NCBI GenBank assembly: GCA_963704165.1
Contig: CAVPHD010000007.1
Span: 151,150-215,149 of the forward strand
DNA: 64,000 nt
Origin: an uncultured delta proteobacterium
Lineage (GTDB): Bacteria; Myxococcota_A; UBA9160; SZUA-336
Direction of reading: 5' to 3'
Position 1 is the first letter of the stretch; every line of letters begins with the position of its first letter. Of the stretch, positions 9,695 to 19,642 are shown piece after piece. Under the pieces are notes generated by a model, which saw only the letters and a list, made by a program, of their open reading frames with translations, did no database searches and was not told the origin of the DNA. A program made the position numbers and the translations under genes.

Positions 9695-11214
9695 TGGCAC
9701 GGCAGGACCCGCGGCTCGACGACCGCTGGGACGTGATCGTGATCGGATCCGGACTCGGCGGGCTCGGCGCCGCCGCGCGGCTTTCGCGCACCGGCTTGCG
9801 CGTGCTCGTGCTCGAGCAGCACGTCTTCGCCGGCGGCTACGCGCACCACTTCCTGCGCAAGGTGCGGGGGACGAAGATCGTCTACGACTTCGACGTCGCC
9901 CTGCACCAGACCGGGCGATCTGCTCCCGGGGCGCTCCGTGCACCGGCATGCTCACCGAGCTCGGCGTGCTGCCCCAGCTGGAGCTGCGCCGCTTCGACAT
10001 CGCCTATCGCAGCCGCGGACCGCGGCACGACCTGCAGATCCCGGCGGACGCCGACGCGTACGAGGCGCTGCTCGTCGAGCTGCTACCCGGAGCAGGCGCG
10101 CGGCGTCCGCGACCTGTTCCAGACGCTGCGCGAGATCGACGCGACCGGCCCCGACGGCGCGCCGAGCGAAGCCGCGCTCGCGGCGCTGGGGCTCTCCCTC
10201 GCGGAGCTGATCGACGCAGCACGTCCGCGACGAACGCATCCAGGCGATCTTCTCGACCATCTGGGGCTACCTCGGCCTGGTGCCCGGCGAGGTGTCGGCG
10301 TTCCTGTACGCGCGAATGTGGTCGAGCTTCCACCTCGGCGGCTGCTTCTACTTCAAGGGGGGCGGACAGGCGCTGTCCGACGCGTTCGTGCGCGTGATCG
10401 AGAGCCATCGGGGACGCGTCCTGCTGCGCCGCGAGGTCGCGCGAATCGACACCGAGAACGGACGGGTGGTCGGAGTGCGAGACGCGGCACGGAGATCGAT
10501 TCCATGCGCCCGTCGTGATCAGCAACGCGGCGGCGCCGCTGACCTACCACGTGCTGCTCGACGAGCCGGCGCTGGCGGCGGCCGAACTCGCCGCGCGTCG
10601 ACGGCCTGCCGATCGCGTGCTCGATCCACCAGGCCTACGTCGGCATCCGAGGCGATGCCGCCCGGCTGGGGCTCGCCGATCGCGGCGCGTTCTTCATGCC
10701 GACCTACGACTTCGCGGAGGAGCGCGCCGCGATGCAGGCGGGCGCTTTCCGAAAGCAGAGCTGGATGCTCGGCAATCACGACCTGGCCGACCCCGGTCAC
10801 GCGCCCGCGGGTCGCTCGATCCTGCACGCGGCGATCATGGCCGACGGACGACTCTGGCACGACGACGAAGCGGTCTACCGAAAGCGGAAGCTGGAGCTCG
10901 AGGAGCTCCTCGTCGATCGACTCGCGGAAGCGATCCCGGACGTTCGCGAGCGGATCGAGGTGATCGAGATCGGCACGCCCCACACGATGCAGCGCTACTC
11001 GTCGAATCCGGAGGGGTCGATCTACGGCTACGCCTCGTCGCCGACGGCGCACAGCATTCATCGGCCCGACGCCCGGAGCTCCGTCCCCGGCCTCTATCTC
11101 GCCGGCGCCTGGACGTTTCCCGGGCCGGGGTTCTCCGGCGCGATGCACTCCGGCTATCGGACCGCGGGACTGGTCATCGAGGACGTCGAAGGACGCCGCG
11201 CCGGCGCCGCTTGA
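9694..11214 (+). CDS. Phytoene dehydrogenase / retinol saturase-like FAD oxidoreductase (multiple frameshifts)
   Basis: DVIVIGSGLGG, YFKGGGQALSDA, GTPHTMQRY, GSIYG, GLYLAGAWTFPGPG; RBS GAGGAGG before GTG 9694. Confidence 0.82.
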
Positions 11215-11258
11215 CCTCGCTCGGGTAGACTCGAAGCGGGAACGAGCGGGGAGGGCGC

Positions 11259-12473
11259 GTGAGCCTCTGGAAGATGGCGTGGCGCAACGTCGGGCGGAAT
11301 CGCCGCCGCACGCTGGTGACGGTCGGTGCGATGGCCTTCGGCCTGTTCGCGATGGTCATCTACTCCGGATTGCTCGAAGGCTACCTCGCGAATCTCGAGC
11401 GCAGCGTCGTCGACATCGAGGTCGGGGACGTGCAGATCTTCAACGCGGTCTACCGCGACAAGCCCTCGGTCCACGAGCGGATCGAAGATCCCGAGCGCGT
11501 GATCGCCGCCCTCGAAGCTTCCGGACTCCGCGCGAGCCCGCGCCTGCTCGCGTTCGGACTGGCCGCGGGCCCGAACGCATCGACCGGAGCGAGCTTTCGC
11601 GGCGTCGTTCCCGATCGGGATGCCCGCGTGAGCCGGGTGTACGCCGAGGTCGAAACCGGATCGTGGCTGGATCCGGAAACACCGAAAGGTGTCGTCATCG
11701 GACGACGGGTCGCGCGCGCGCTCGGCCTCGGAGTCGGCGACGAGCTCCTGGTGTTCTCGGAAAGCGCGGACGGTGGCATGGCGTACGACCTCTTCGAGGT
11801 GCGCGGCATCCTTCGCGCGATCGGGGAGGCGACCGACCGAACGGCCGTGTTCATGGTGGACGGGGCGTTCCGTGCGCTCTTCGAGGTCGCGAGCGGCGCG
11901 CACCAGATCCTCGTGCGGCGCGCGGACGACGTTCCGCTCGAAGTCGCCGGAGCGCACGCGCGTGAAGCGGCTCCGGGTCTCGACGTCGCGACGTGGCGAG
12001 CGCTGATGCCGACGGTGGCCTCGATGCTCGATTCGACGCGCGGCCTGATCGTCGCGATCTTCGTGATCGCGTACCTCGCGGTCGCGCTGCTCGTCCTGAA
12101 CGCGATGCTGATGGCGGTGTTCGAGCGCGTGCGCGAGTTCGGGATCCTGAAGGCGCTCGGCGTCGGCCCGCCCCAGATCTTCGCTCTGATCCTCGCCGAG
12201 AGCGCAATCCAGACGGCGCTGGCCATCGGCGCCGGCCTCTCGATCGCGGCGCCGGCGCTCGTCTATCTCTCGCGCGTCGGGATCGACATCGTCGGTCTCG
12301 CGGGCGTCTCGGTGATGGGGATCGCGATGGAGCGCTTCTGGCGCGCCTCGGTCGAGCCCGCGACGGTGATGACCCCGGTCGGGGTGCTGGTTCTGCTCGT
12401 CGGGATCGCCGTGCTGTATCCGGCCGCGAAGGCCGCGCTGATCCAGCCCGTCGATGCGATCCGCCACCACTAG
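11259..12473 (+). CDS. ABC transporter permease (LolC/E-FtsX family)
   Basis: AWRNVGRNRRRT; VFERVREFGILKALG. Confidence 0.9.
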   Translation: MSLWKMAWRNVGRNRRRTLVTVGAMAFGLFAMVIYSGLLEGYLANLERSVVDIEVGDVQIFNAVYRDKPSVHERIEDPERVIAALEASGLRASPRLLAFGLAAGPNASTGASFRGVVPDRDARVSRVYAEVETGSWLDPETPKGVVIGRRVARALGLGVGDELLVFSESADGGMAYDLFEVRGILRAIGEATDRTAVFMVDGAFRALFEVASGAHQILVRRADDVPLEVAGAHAREAAPGLDVATWRALMPTVASMLDSTRGLIVAIFVIAYLAVALLVLNAMLMAVFERVREFGILKALGVGPPQIFALILAESAIQTALAIGAGLSIAAPALVYLSRVGIDIVGLAGVSVMGIAMERFWRASVEPATVMTPVGVLVLLVGIAVLYPAAKAALIQPVDAIRHH

Positions 12474-12476
12474 GAG

Positions 12477-13724
12477 ATGGCGATGGCGAGAACTCGAATC
12501 GCTCGCATGGCCTGGCGGAACCTCTGGCGGAACCGGCGACGCACGGTGCTCACGCTCACGTCGATCTCCTTCGGCCTCTTCCTCGCGGTGATCATGACGG
12601 GACTGCAGGAGGGCAGCTTCGCGGCGATGATCGACATGGCCGCGCGGCTCGGTCCCGGCCACGTGACCCTTCAACATCCGGACGCGATCGATTCGCCCGG
12701 GCTCGGGCTCACGGTGAGCCACAGCGCCGAGCTGCGCGCGAGCGCGCGGCGCGAGCCCCATGTCGCGCGCGCGGTCGAGCGCATCTCCGGTCAGGTGATG
12801 CTCTCGACGGCGGGGCAGGTCTATGGCGCGGGCTTCATCGCGTTCGATCCGGCGGGCGAGGACGGGACGACGCTCTCGCTCCTCGATTCCGTCGTCGAGG
12901 GCAAGAACTTCGGGAACGCGGACGTCGGCGGGGTCCTGCTCGGGCGCAAGCTCGCGGAGAATCTCGGAGCCGGCCTCGGACGCAAGGTCGTGTACACGCT
13001 GACCGACAAGAACGGCGAGCTCACCCGCGACGTCGCGCGCGTTTCCGGAATTCTCGAAACGGGGACGCCGAGTCTCGATGCCTCGATCGCGTTGTTCCCG
13101 ATCGACCGAATGCGGCGGGTGCTCGGCTACGGTGCGGACGAGAGCGGCCAGGTCGCGATCTTCGTCGACGATCAGCGCCGCGCGGCCCGGGTCGCGTTCG
13201 GCCTCGTGGGCGACGACTTCGAAGCGCTGCCGTGGTTCGAGATGAACGCCGATCTCGCGAGCTTCATCACGATGAAGATCGTCGGCGCACGCATCATGCT
13301 GACGATCATCGTGCTGCTGATCGCCGCGGGGATCTTCAACACCATCTTCGTCTCGGTGATGGAGCGAGTCCGGGAGTTCGGCGTCCTGCTGGCGATCGGC
13401 TTCAGCCCGGGACGGCTCTTCGGCATGGTGATGCTGGAGAGCTTGTTTCTCGGACTGGTCGGCGTCGCGGTCGGCGCGCTGATCACCGCGTGGCCGTACT
13501 GGTACCTGTCCACGACGGGATTCGACATCGCGAATCTCGTCGATGCGTCCCAAGCCGACGTCGGCGGCGTCAGCCTCGCGATGGACGTGATGCGCGCGCG
13601 CATCTTTCCCGAGAGCCTGGCCGTCATCGTGATCTCGACGGTCGCGGCGACGCTGCTCTCGGGACTTTGGCCGGCGTGGAAGGCGGGGCGCGTCGCGCCC
13701 GTCGACTCGATCCGACTGGTGTAG
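12477..13724 (+). CDS. ABC transporter permease (LolC/E-FtsX family)
   Basis: AWRNLWRNRRRT; VMERVREFGVLLAIG. Confidence 0.9.
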   Translation: MAMARTRIARMAWRNLWRNRRRTVLTLTSISFGLFLAVIMTGLQEGSFAAMIDMAARLGPGHVTLQHPDAIDSPGLGLTVSHSAELRASARREPHVARAVERISGQVMLSTAGQVYGAGFIAFDPAGEDGTTLSLLDSVVEGKNFGNADVGGVLLGRKLAENLGAGLGRKVVYTLTDKNGELTRDVARVSGILETGTPSLDASIALFPIDRMRRVLGYGADESGQVAIFVDDQRRAARVAFGLVGDDFEALPWFEMNADLASFITMKIVGARIMLTIIVLLIAAGIFNTIFVSVMERVREFGVLLAIGFSPGRLFGMVMLESLFLGLVGVAVGALITAWPYWYLSTTGFDIANLVDASQADVGGVSLAMDVMRARIFPESLAVIVISTVAATLLSGLWPAWKAGRVAPVDSIRLV

Positions 13725-13735
13725 AAGGAGGCGAG

Positions 13736-14452
13736 GTGGCGGAAACCGCGATCGTCGAGACCCGGCGACTCACGAAGCTGTATCACCAGGGCGCCGTCGA
13801 GGTGCAGGCGCTTCGCGGCGTCGATCTCGTGATCGCGCCCGGGGAGTTCACGGCCATCTGTGGACCGTCGGGCTCCGGCAAGACCACGCTCCTGAACCTG
13901 ATCGGGGGTCTCGACCGGCCGACATCGGGCGAGGTCTGGGTCGATGGCGTGGAGCTCGGCACGCTCGGCCGCCGCGCGCTCTCGGCGCTGCGCCGCGACC
14001 GGATCGGGTTCGTCTTCCAAGCCTACAACCTGATGCCCGTGCTGACGGCCTTCGAGAACGCCGAGATCGTGCTCAGCTTGCAGGGGGTCGATCCCGCCGA
14101 GCGTCGCAAGCGCGTGCAGGCCGTGCTCGCCGACGTCGGGCTCGTCGGCTTGGACGACCGCCGACCCGACGAGCTCTCGGGGGGACAGCAGCAGCGCGTC
14201 GCGATCGCGCGCGCGATCGTGCCGAGCCCGGCGATCGTGCTCGCCGACGAGCCGACCGCCAACGTGGACTCCGAGACCGCGGAGCGACTCCTCGACCTGA
14301 TGGCGAGCCTGAACCGCGAGCGCGGAATCACGTTCCTGTTCTCGACCCACGATCCGCGCGTGATGGCCCGCGCGCGGCGGATCGTGCGCGTCGTCGACGG
14401 CCGGATCGAGAGTGACGCACCCGGCGCGGGGTCGTCCGGAGTCCCGAAGTGA
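13736..14452 (+). CDS. ABC transporter ATP-binding protein (LolD-like)
   Basis: [39 protein letters not shown]. Confidence 0.93.
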   Translation: MAETAIVETRRLTKLYHQGAVEVQALRGVDLVIAPGEFTAICGPSGSGKTTLLNLIGGLDRPTSGEVWVDGVELGTLGRRALSALRRDRIGFVFQAYNLMPVLTAFENAEIVLSLQGVDPAERRKRVQAVLADVGLVGLDDRRPDELSGGQQQRVAIARAIVPSPAIVLADEPTANVDSETAERLLDLMASLNRERGITFLFSTHDPRVMARARRIVRVVDGRIESDAPGAGSSGVPK

Positions 14453-14823
14453 CGCTCCGGTCGTTCGTCTGGACCTGCGCCGTGCTCGTCCTCGCGACCT
14501 CGGCCGGTCCGGCGGCGGCGGACTCCGAGCGGCGCCTGAAATCCGGCCGCGCGGAGATCGAAACGGGTGACTAGAAGGATGCCGCCGACGATTTCGCGCG
14601 CGGCCTCGTCGAGGCGCTCTTTCTCGAGGCACGCGCGATCGCGGAGGCCGCGCTTCCGCTGCACGACGCCGAGTTCGACATCGGCCTGCGCGGAGCGGGC
14701 GGCGTGCGCATCGAGCGGATGGTTCAGGGGGAAGTGCTGCTGGGACAGGGCGTCCTTCGCGAGTACGTCGTGCGGGTCGACTACGCGCGCAAGAAACCCG
14801 GTCTGACGCCCGTCGCGCGCTGA
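14449..14823 (+). CDS. Small exported hypothetical protein with an in-frame TAG at 14572
   Basis: GTGA overlap with the ATPase gene; signal-peptide-like TLRSFVWTCAVLVLATSAGPAAA; frame continues past the TAG to TGA at 14821-14823. Confidence 0.4.
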
Positions 14824-14859
14824 GCGCGCACCCGGCGCTTTGCAGAAGGCGCATCAGGA

Positions 14860-15909
14860 TCACCCGGAACGGTCACCCCGAACGAATTCGACGGCCCGAC
14901 CGAGGATTTCGAGCTGGTCCGACGTCTTCGACGCGAGCGGGTGCAGCATCAGGTCCGTGATGCCGGCGTCCCGGTACATTCCGATGCGCGCACGCACGTG
15001 GGTCTCGTCGCCGATGATCGTCGTCTTCCGCACCATGTCGTCGGGGACGGCGCGGATCGCTTCGTCCCGCTTCCGGTCGAGCCAGAGCTTGCGGACCTCG
15101 ACGCACGCGTCCTGAAAGCCCGCGCGCGCGAAGGCGTCGTTGTAGAAGTTCATCGTCGGCGATCCCATCGCCGAGAGCTGGAACGCGAGCTGCATCTTCA
15201 CCGCGGGGAAGAACCTCTCGGGGTCGCCGGTGATGGCGATCGGCGCGTCGACGCAGAGCACGAGGTCCGCGAGCTTCCGTCCGGCTCGCTCGGCTCCTCT
15301 GCGAAGGTACTCCAGGTGCGCCTCGGGCGCGTCCGGAGTGAAGGAGGTGCCGAGCCACCCGTCCGCGATCGCTCCCGTCATCTCGAGCGCGCGAGGCGCA
15401 AGCGTGGCGAGGTAGATCGGGATCGCGGCGGGCGGTTGCGAGATGCGAAGCGCCTTGCCCCGTCCGCCCGCGCGAGGCAGCTGAAGCAGCTCGCCATCGT
15501 AGGCCAGCGTCTCGCCGCGTAGCGCCATGCGGATGATCTCGACCGTTTCGCGCATTCGTGTGGCGGGACGATCGAAGTGCGCGCCGTGAAGACCCTCGAC
15601 GACCTGCGGACCCGAGTTCCCGAGTCCGAGCAGGAAGCGTCCGTTGCTGACGGTGTTCATCGACAGAGCGGTCATCGCCGTCGCGGCCGCGGTGCGGGCG
15701 CAGACCTGCATGATTCCGGTCCCGAGCCGGAGCCGTTCGGTCCGCGCCGCGAGGAAGGCGAGCGGAACGATCGCATCCATCCCCCAAGCCTCGGCGCTCC
15801 AGGCCTGGTCCACTCCGACTCGTTCCGCCTCGATCGCGAGCCGGACCATCGCCTCGAACGCCTCACGTCCCCCGGAGGTCGGGCCACCGACCCGAATCGC
15901 GATCTTCAT
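14860..15909 (-). CDS. Luciferase-like (LLM) flavin/F420-dependent oxidoreductase
   Basis: AEAWGMD, LGTGIMQ, GRFLLGLGNSGPQVVEGLHG, ADGW. Confidence 0.9.
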   Translation of the reverse strand: MKIAIRVGGPTSGGREAFEAMVRLAIEAERVGVDQAWSAEAWGMDAIVPLAFLAARTERLRLGTGIMQVCARTAAATAMTALSMNTVSNGRFLLGLGNSGPQVVEGLHGAHFDRPATRMRETVEIIRMALRGETLAYDGELLQLPRAGGRGKALRISQPPAAIPIYLATLAPRALEMTGAIADGWLGTSFTPDAPEAHLEYLRRGAERAGRKLADLVLCVDAPIAITGDPERFFPAVKMQLAFQLSAMGSPTMNFYNDAFARAGFQDACVEVRKLWLDRKRDEAIRAVPDDMVRKTTIIGDETHVRARIGMYRDAGITDLMLHPLASKTSDQLEILGRAVEFVRGDRSG

Positions 15910-16006
15910 ATGGAGGTCTCCTGAGCGAGGGGCGTGAGGACAGCGAACTTTCGGCACGAAACGTGCCATGATCTCCGAGTCGCCGACAACCCGGTGAGCT
16001 GAGCGA

Positions 16007-17242
16007 ATGACCATCGAACGCGACGAGTTCGGCTTCGACGCACCCGCGCCCCTCGGGCATCCGGGCCGTCTCGGGCTCGAGGCGGGCCATCCGACCGGCC
16101 CCGAGGTCGGCGAGCGTCTGCCCGACTTCCGTCTGCCCGATGCGTTCGGACGCATGATCGAGTTTCACGCGGATCGGGGGAACGCCAGGGCGGCCGTCGT
16201 CTTCTACCGTTCGGCGGTGTGGTGACCCCCGTGCTGGACGCAGCTCGGTGAGCTGCGCGACGCGTACGAGAGATTCCGCGAAGCGGGCGTGAAGCTGTAC
16301 GCGATCTCGTACGACGATCAGACGGTGCTTCGCGAGTTCGCCGAGAAGCAGGGGATTCCGTTCCCCTTGCTCTCGGATCTCGACAGCGCCGTCATCCGCA
16401 ACTACGGAATCCTGAACGACCGGATCGGCGAGGACGATGGCTTCCTTTGGGGGGTCCCGTACCCGGGCGTCTACGTGACCGACGAGCGCGGTGTCGTCGT
16501 CGCGAAGTTCTTTCACGATACCTACAAGAAGCGCGACAGCCCCGAGACGCTGATCGACGCCGCGCTCGGGCGGGTCTCGCTTCACGACGATGCGCCGCGA
16601 GTCCGTTCGGAAAGCGGCGACGTGCGCATCACGGCCGCGATCCACGGTGGGCGGGGCACGATCCGGCAGGGCATCGTCCGAAAGGTCGTCGTGCGTTTCG
16701 AGCTTCGCGCGGGGCTTCACCTCTACGGTGAACCCGCGCCGGAGGGCATGATCCCGACGATGGTCATGGTCGTCGGTCCGCCCGGACTCGTCGTCGGAGA
16801 TCCGGTCTTTCCGCCGACGACGATGTTGCCCGTTCCCGGCCTCGACGTGGAGCTCTGCGTCTTCGGCGAGAGCTTCGACGTCGTCATTCCCATCCACGCC
16901 GTCGGCGAGCTCGCGAGCGAGACGCGTCCGCTCGATCTCGATTCGATTCCGATCGACATCGCGATCCGCTACCAGGCCTGCGACAACGATCAGTGTCTGC
17001 TTCCGAGAAGCGAGAAGCTCCGCATCGAGGTGCCACTCGACGTGATCGACATCCCTTCGATCTCGACGCACCAGGGGCACGGGCAGCGCGAGGCGCGCTT
17101 CGACGGAACGCCGCACCTTCGGCGCCTGCTGCGCCGGTCGATCCGGCGCAGCCCGCTCGGCTTCCTCCGCTTCATCGCCAAGAACCTGCGCCTCGAGCTC
17201 GCGGCATGGCGTCGCCGCCGAAGTCGGTCCGCGCGCCCGTGA
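16007..17242 (+). CDS. Probable selenoprotein: AhpC/TSA peroxiredoxin-like domain (UxxC) fused to a DsbD N-terminal-like domain
   Basis: ORFs 16007-16225 and 16289-17242 share one frame; read-through gives VVFYRSAVW-U-PPCWTQLGEL, then FPLLSD; C-terminal YQACDNDQCLLP. Confidence 0.8.
16239..16257 (+). promoter_or_regulatory. Candidate bacterial SECIS hairpin
   Basis: CGCAGCTC-GGT-GAGCTGCG perfect 8-bp stem; G-starting loop lies 21 nt after the TGA at 16223-16225. Confidence 0.65.
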
Positions 17243-17358
17243 TCGCCTTCTTCGGGTATCGGTCCTGAGGACGCCCCGTCGATCGGAGCGGTATGATGGC
17301 TGCATCGTCACGACCGCCGATTCGCGCGTCGTGGCGCAACCGAGCAGGGGGCAGGACG

Positions 17359-18384
17359 ATGGCTGAGGCACGCCGGCGCTACTGGGGTTTCGTGAGTTCA
17401 CTTCCCGCGCCGATCCTCGCCGCAGTTGCGCGCCAGGCCGAGGCCCAGGGGCTCGAGGGTCTGTTCGCGCCGCAGGTGTACGGCCCGCCGTGGATCCCGC
17501 TCGCCGGTGCAGCGATGGTCACGGAACGGATCAAGCTCGCGAGCGGCATCGCGATCGCGGCGGCGCGCAGCCCGTTCGAGACCGCGATGGCGGCGCTCGA
17601 CATGGATCGCTTGACGGGCGGCCGCTTCGTCCTCGGGCTCGGTGCAAGCGTGCAGTCGTGGACGCGCGGTGTCTTCGGCGCGCCCGAACACCGCCCGCTC
17701 GCGCATCTACGCGAGACCGTCGCCGCGGTGCGCCACGTGATGCGCGGTGCGCACCGGGGACTCGAGCCCTTCGAAGGGGAGTACTACCGAGCCGACTTCG
17801 CCGAGCTCCAGCCCACCGCGGCACCGGTTCGTGAGGAGGTCCCCGTCTGGATCGCGGCACTGCGTGGCCCGGCCGTGCGCCTCGCGGCCGAGATCGCCGA
17901 CGGTGTGATGGGGCATCCGATGTGGTCGCTCGACTGGGCGGTCGAGCGCATCCAGCCGGAACTCCGGGCCGGACTCGCGAGCGGTGGGCGAAAGCGCGAG
18001 GACATCGACCTGAATCTGTGGCTCTGGTGCGCGCCCGGCGCCGACGAACGCGAAGCGATCGAGGATGCGCGCGCAACGGTCGCGTTCTACGCCGGAATCG
18101 CGCAGTACGAATCCTTCTTCGCCGCGCACGGATTCGCCGAGATCGCGCGCCGCCTGCAGGAAGAGGTCAAACGCGGAGAGGTGCTCTCGCACGCGCGGCT
18201 CGTACCCGACGAGATGGTGCGCGCCTTCGTGCTGCTCGGTGACGCCGATCGGGTGCGAGCACAGGTCGAGCGGGCGTGGACCGTGGCGGACTCGCTCTGT
18301 CTCGTGCCTCCGGCCTATGCGATCGCGCCCGAGAAGCTCTTCGCCTACCAGGAGCGAATCGCCAAGCTCTTCTACGAGGGCTGA
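17359..18384 (+). CDS. Luciferase-like (LLM) flavin/F420-dependent oxidoreductase
   Basis: IKLASGIAIAAARSP, GRFVLGLG, ADGVMGHP. Confidence 0.88.
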   Translation: MAEARRRYWGFVSSLPAPILAAVARQAEAQGLEGLFAPQVYGPPWIPLAGAAMVTERIKLASGIAIAAARSPFETAMAALDMDRLTGGRFVLGLGASVQSWTRGVFGAPEHRPLAHLRETVAAVRHVMRGAHRGLEPFEGEYYRADFAELQPTAAPVREEVPVWIAALRGPAVRLAAEIADGVMGHPMWSLDWAVERIQPELRAGLASGGRKREDIDLNLWLWCAPGADEREAIEDARATVAFYAGIAQYESFFAAHGFAEIARRLQEEVKRGEVLSHARLVPDEMVRAFVLLGDADRVRAQVERAWTVADSLCLVPPAYAIAPEKLFAYQERIAKLFYEG

Positions 18385-18755
18385 TCCGGCGTCGCGCGGG
18401 CGAACCCTGCGTTCATCATGACACCGTTGTGGATCAGGAACGAGAGCACGTCGGCCGATGCCCGCCGAGCCTCGAGCGACGAAAGCGCGCGGGCGGCGAT
18501 GCAATCGCGCAGCTTCGCGGCGAGTTCCGCGCGGCGGGCGACGCTGACGAAGCGCTCTCCCGTTGCGCGCTTGCGCAGAAAGCAGAACGCGACCAGCGCG
18601 TCGGGATCCTGGCCGGTGAACTCGCAGAACTTCGCGAGGCTGTCGAGCTTGCCGGGATCCTCGCCGAGCGGATCGCCACCCCACTGCGCGCGCAGTCCCT
18701 CACGCCAGACCGCGACGCTCGGGTAGGCGTCGAGCGCACGCTCGAGCGCCATCAC
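18372..18755 (-). CDS. Hypothetical protein
   Basis: Directly follows the nitroreductase on the same strand with host-like codon usage; ends SFLIHNGV. Confidence 0.6.
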   Translation of the reverse strand: MMALERALDAYPSVAVWREGLRAQWGGDPLGEDPGKLDSLAKFCEFTGQDPDALVAFCFLRKRATGERFVSVARRAELAAKLRDCIAARALSSLEARRASADVLSFLIHNGVMMNAGFARATPDQPS

Positions 18756-18756
18756 C

Positions 18757-19539
18757 TCATTCCGGTAGCGCGAGACGGCGCGCGAGCGCGCGCACTTCCT
18801 CGCGGCGGCCGGGGAGCGGGGCCGGTGTCTGGATCATGCCCGCCTTCTCCAGCTCGCGGACCACTTCCGGATCGCGCGCGAAAGGCTGGCCGAAGCGACC
18901 CTCGAAGTACAGCTCCTCGAAGGGCGGACGCGGACGCTGTCCACCGGCCTCTTTCGATTCGAGCGGGTAGCCGATGTTCAGGCAGTAGAGCGGCACCCAA
19001 TCATCGGGAATCCCGAGCAACTGCTTTGCGGGCACGGGATTGAACGCCGTCCAGCAGGTGCCCAACCCCTCTTCGACGGCCATCAGAAGTCCCTGCGTGC
19101 CGGCGCCTCCGCAGTCGAAGGCGGCCGACGTGTGATATCCGGGTCCCTTCGTCATCGGCTCGAGAATCTGCGGATAGACGAATTCGTCGACGAAGCGGTG
19201 ACTCCATCCATGCGTCGGATTGAGGGCGCCGACATCGACGAGCTCCTTCAGCCGCGCACCCTTCGTGCGCGTGACGATCCCCGCGTCGAGGTAACAGTAG
19301 ATGTGGACGGGAGCGAGCTCCTGCACGAGACCGGCGACCGGCGTCTTCAGCTCCTCGAGCGTCGCGGCCGGAATGTCTGCGCGGTTCACGACGATGGCGC
19401 GCAGCCAGTGCGCGTTCACCGCGCACGAGGCGATTCGCATCGCTTCGAGGATCTTCTGGATCTTCGCACGCTCGACCGGTCGATCCGGATCGAAGAAGCG
19501 GATCGATCGTCGCGCACCGAGAACACCACGTAGTTCCAT
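18757..19539 (-). CDS. Nitroreductase family protein
   Basis: RRSIRFF, AVEEGLGTCW, IGYP. Confidence 0.88.
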   Translation of the reverse strand: MELRGVLGARRSIRFFDPDRPVERAKIQKILEAMRIASCAVNAHWLRAIVVNRADIPAATLEELKTPVAGLVQELAPVHIYCYLDAGIVTRTKGARLKELVDVGALNPTHGWSHRFVDEFVYPQILEPMTKGPGYHTSAAFDCGGAGTQGLLMAVEEGLGTCWTAFNPVPAKQLLGIPDDWVPLYCLNIGYPLESKEAGGQRPRPPFEELYFEGRFGQPFARDPEVVRELEKAGMIQTPAPLPGRREEVRALARRLALPE

Positions 19540-19571
19540 GTTTCGACGCTAGCCCCCGAAGTGAGTGGCAC

Positions 19572-19589
19572 CTATGATGCTCATCATAG
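19572..19589. promoter_or_regulatory. Palindromic operator CTATGATG-CT-CATCATAG in a divergent intergenic region
   Basis: Perfect 8-bp inverted repeat; core TATGAT-N4-ATCATA recurs at 29743-29758. Confidence 0.7.
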
Positions 19590-19642
19590 CCAGCGATCGG
19601 CGCGGCTGCTGCGTTGGCGAGACGCACAAGGAGGAACGGGCC

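Noticed and set aside
9394..9960. Apparent TetR-phytoene dehydrogenase fusion ORF
   Set aside because: A strong RBS (GAGGAGG) precedes GTG 9694, a TAG in another frame overlaps that GTG, and the region is full of indels; two separate genes are more likely
6762..14574. Two in-frame TAG codons (6762 and 14572) as pyrrolysine or amber recoding
   Set aside because: Neither is at a recognisable catalytic position, no pyl genes are in the window, and TAG is a normal stop for many genes here; substitution errors are more likely
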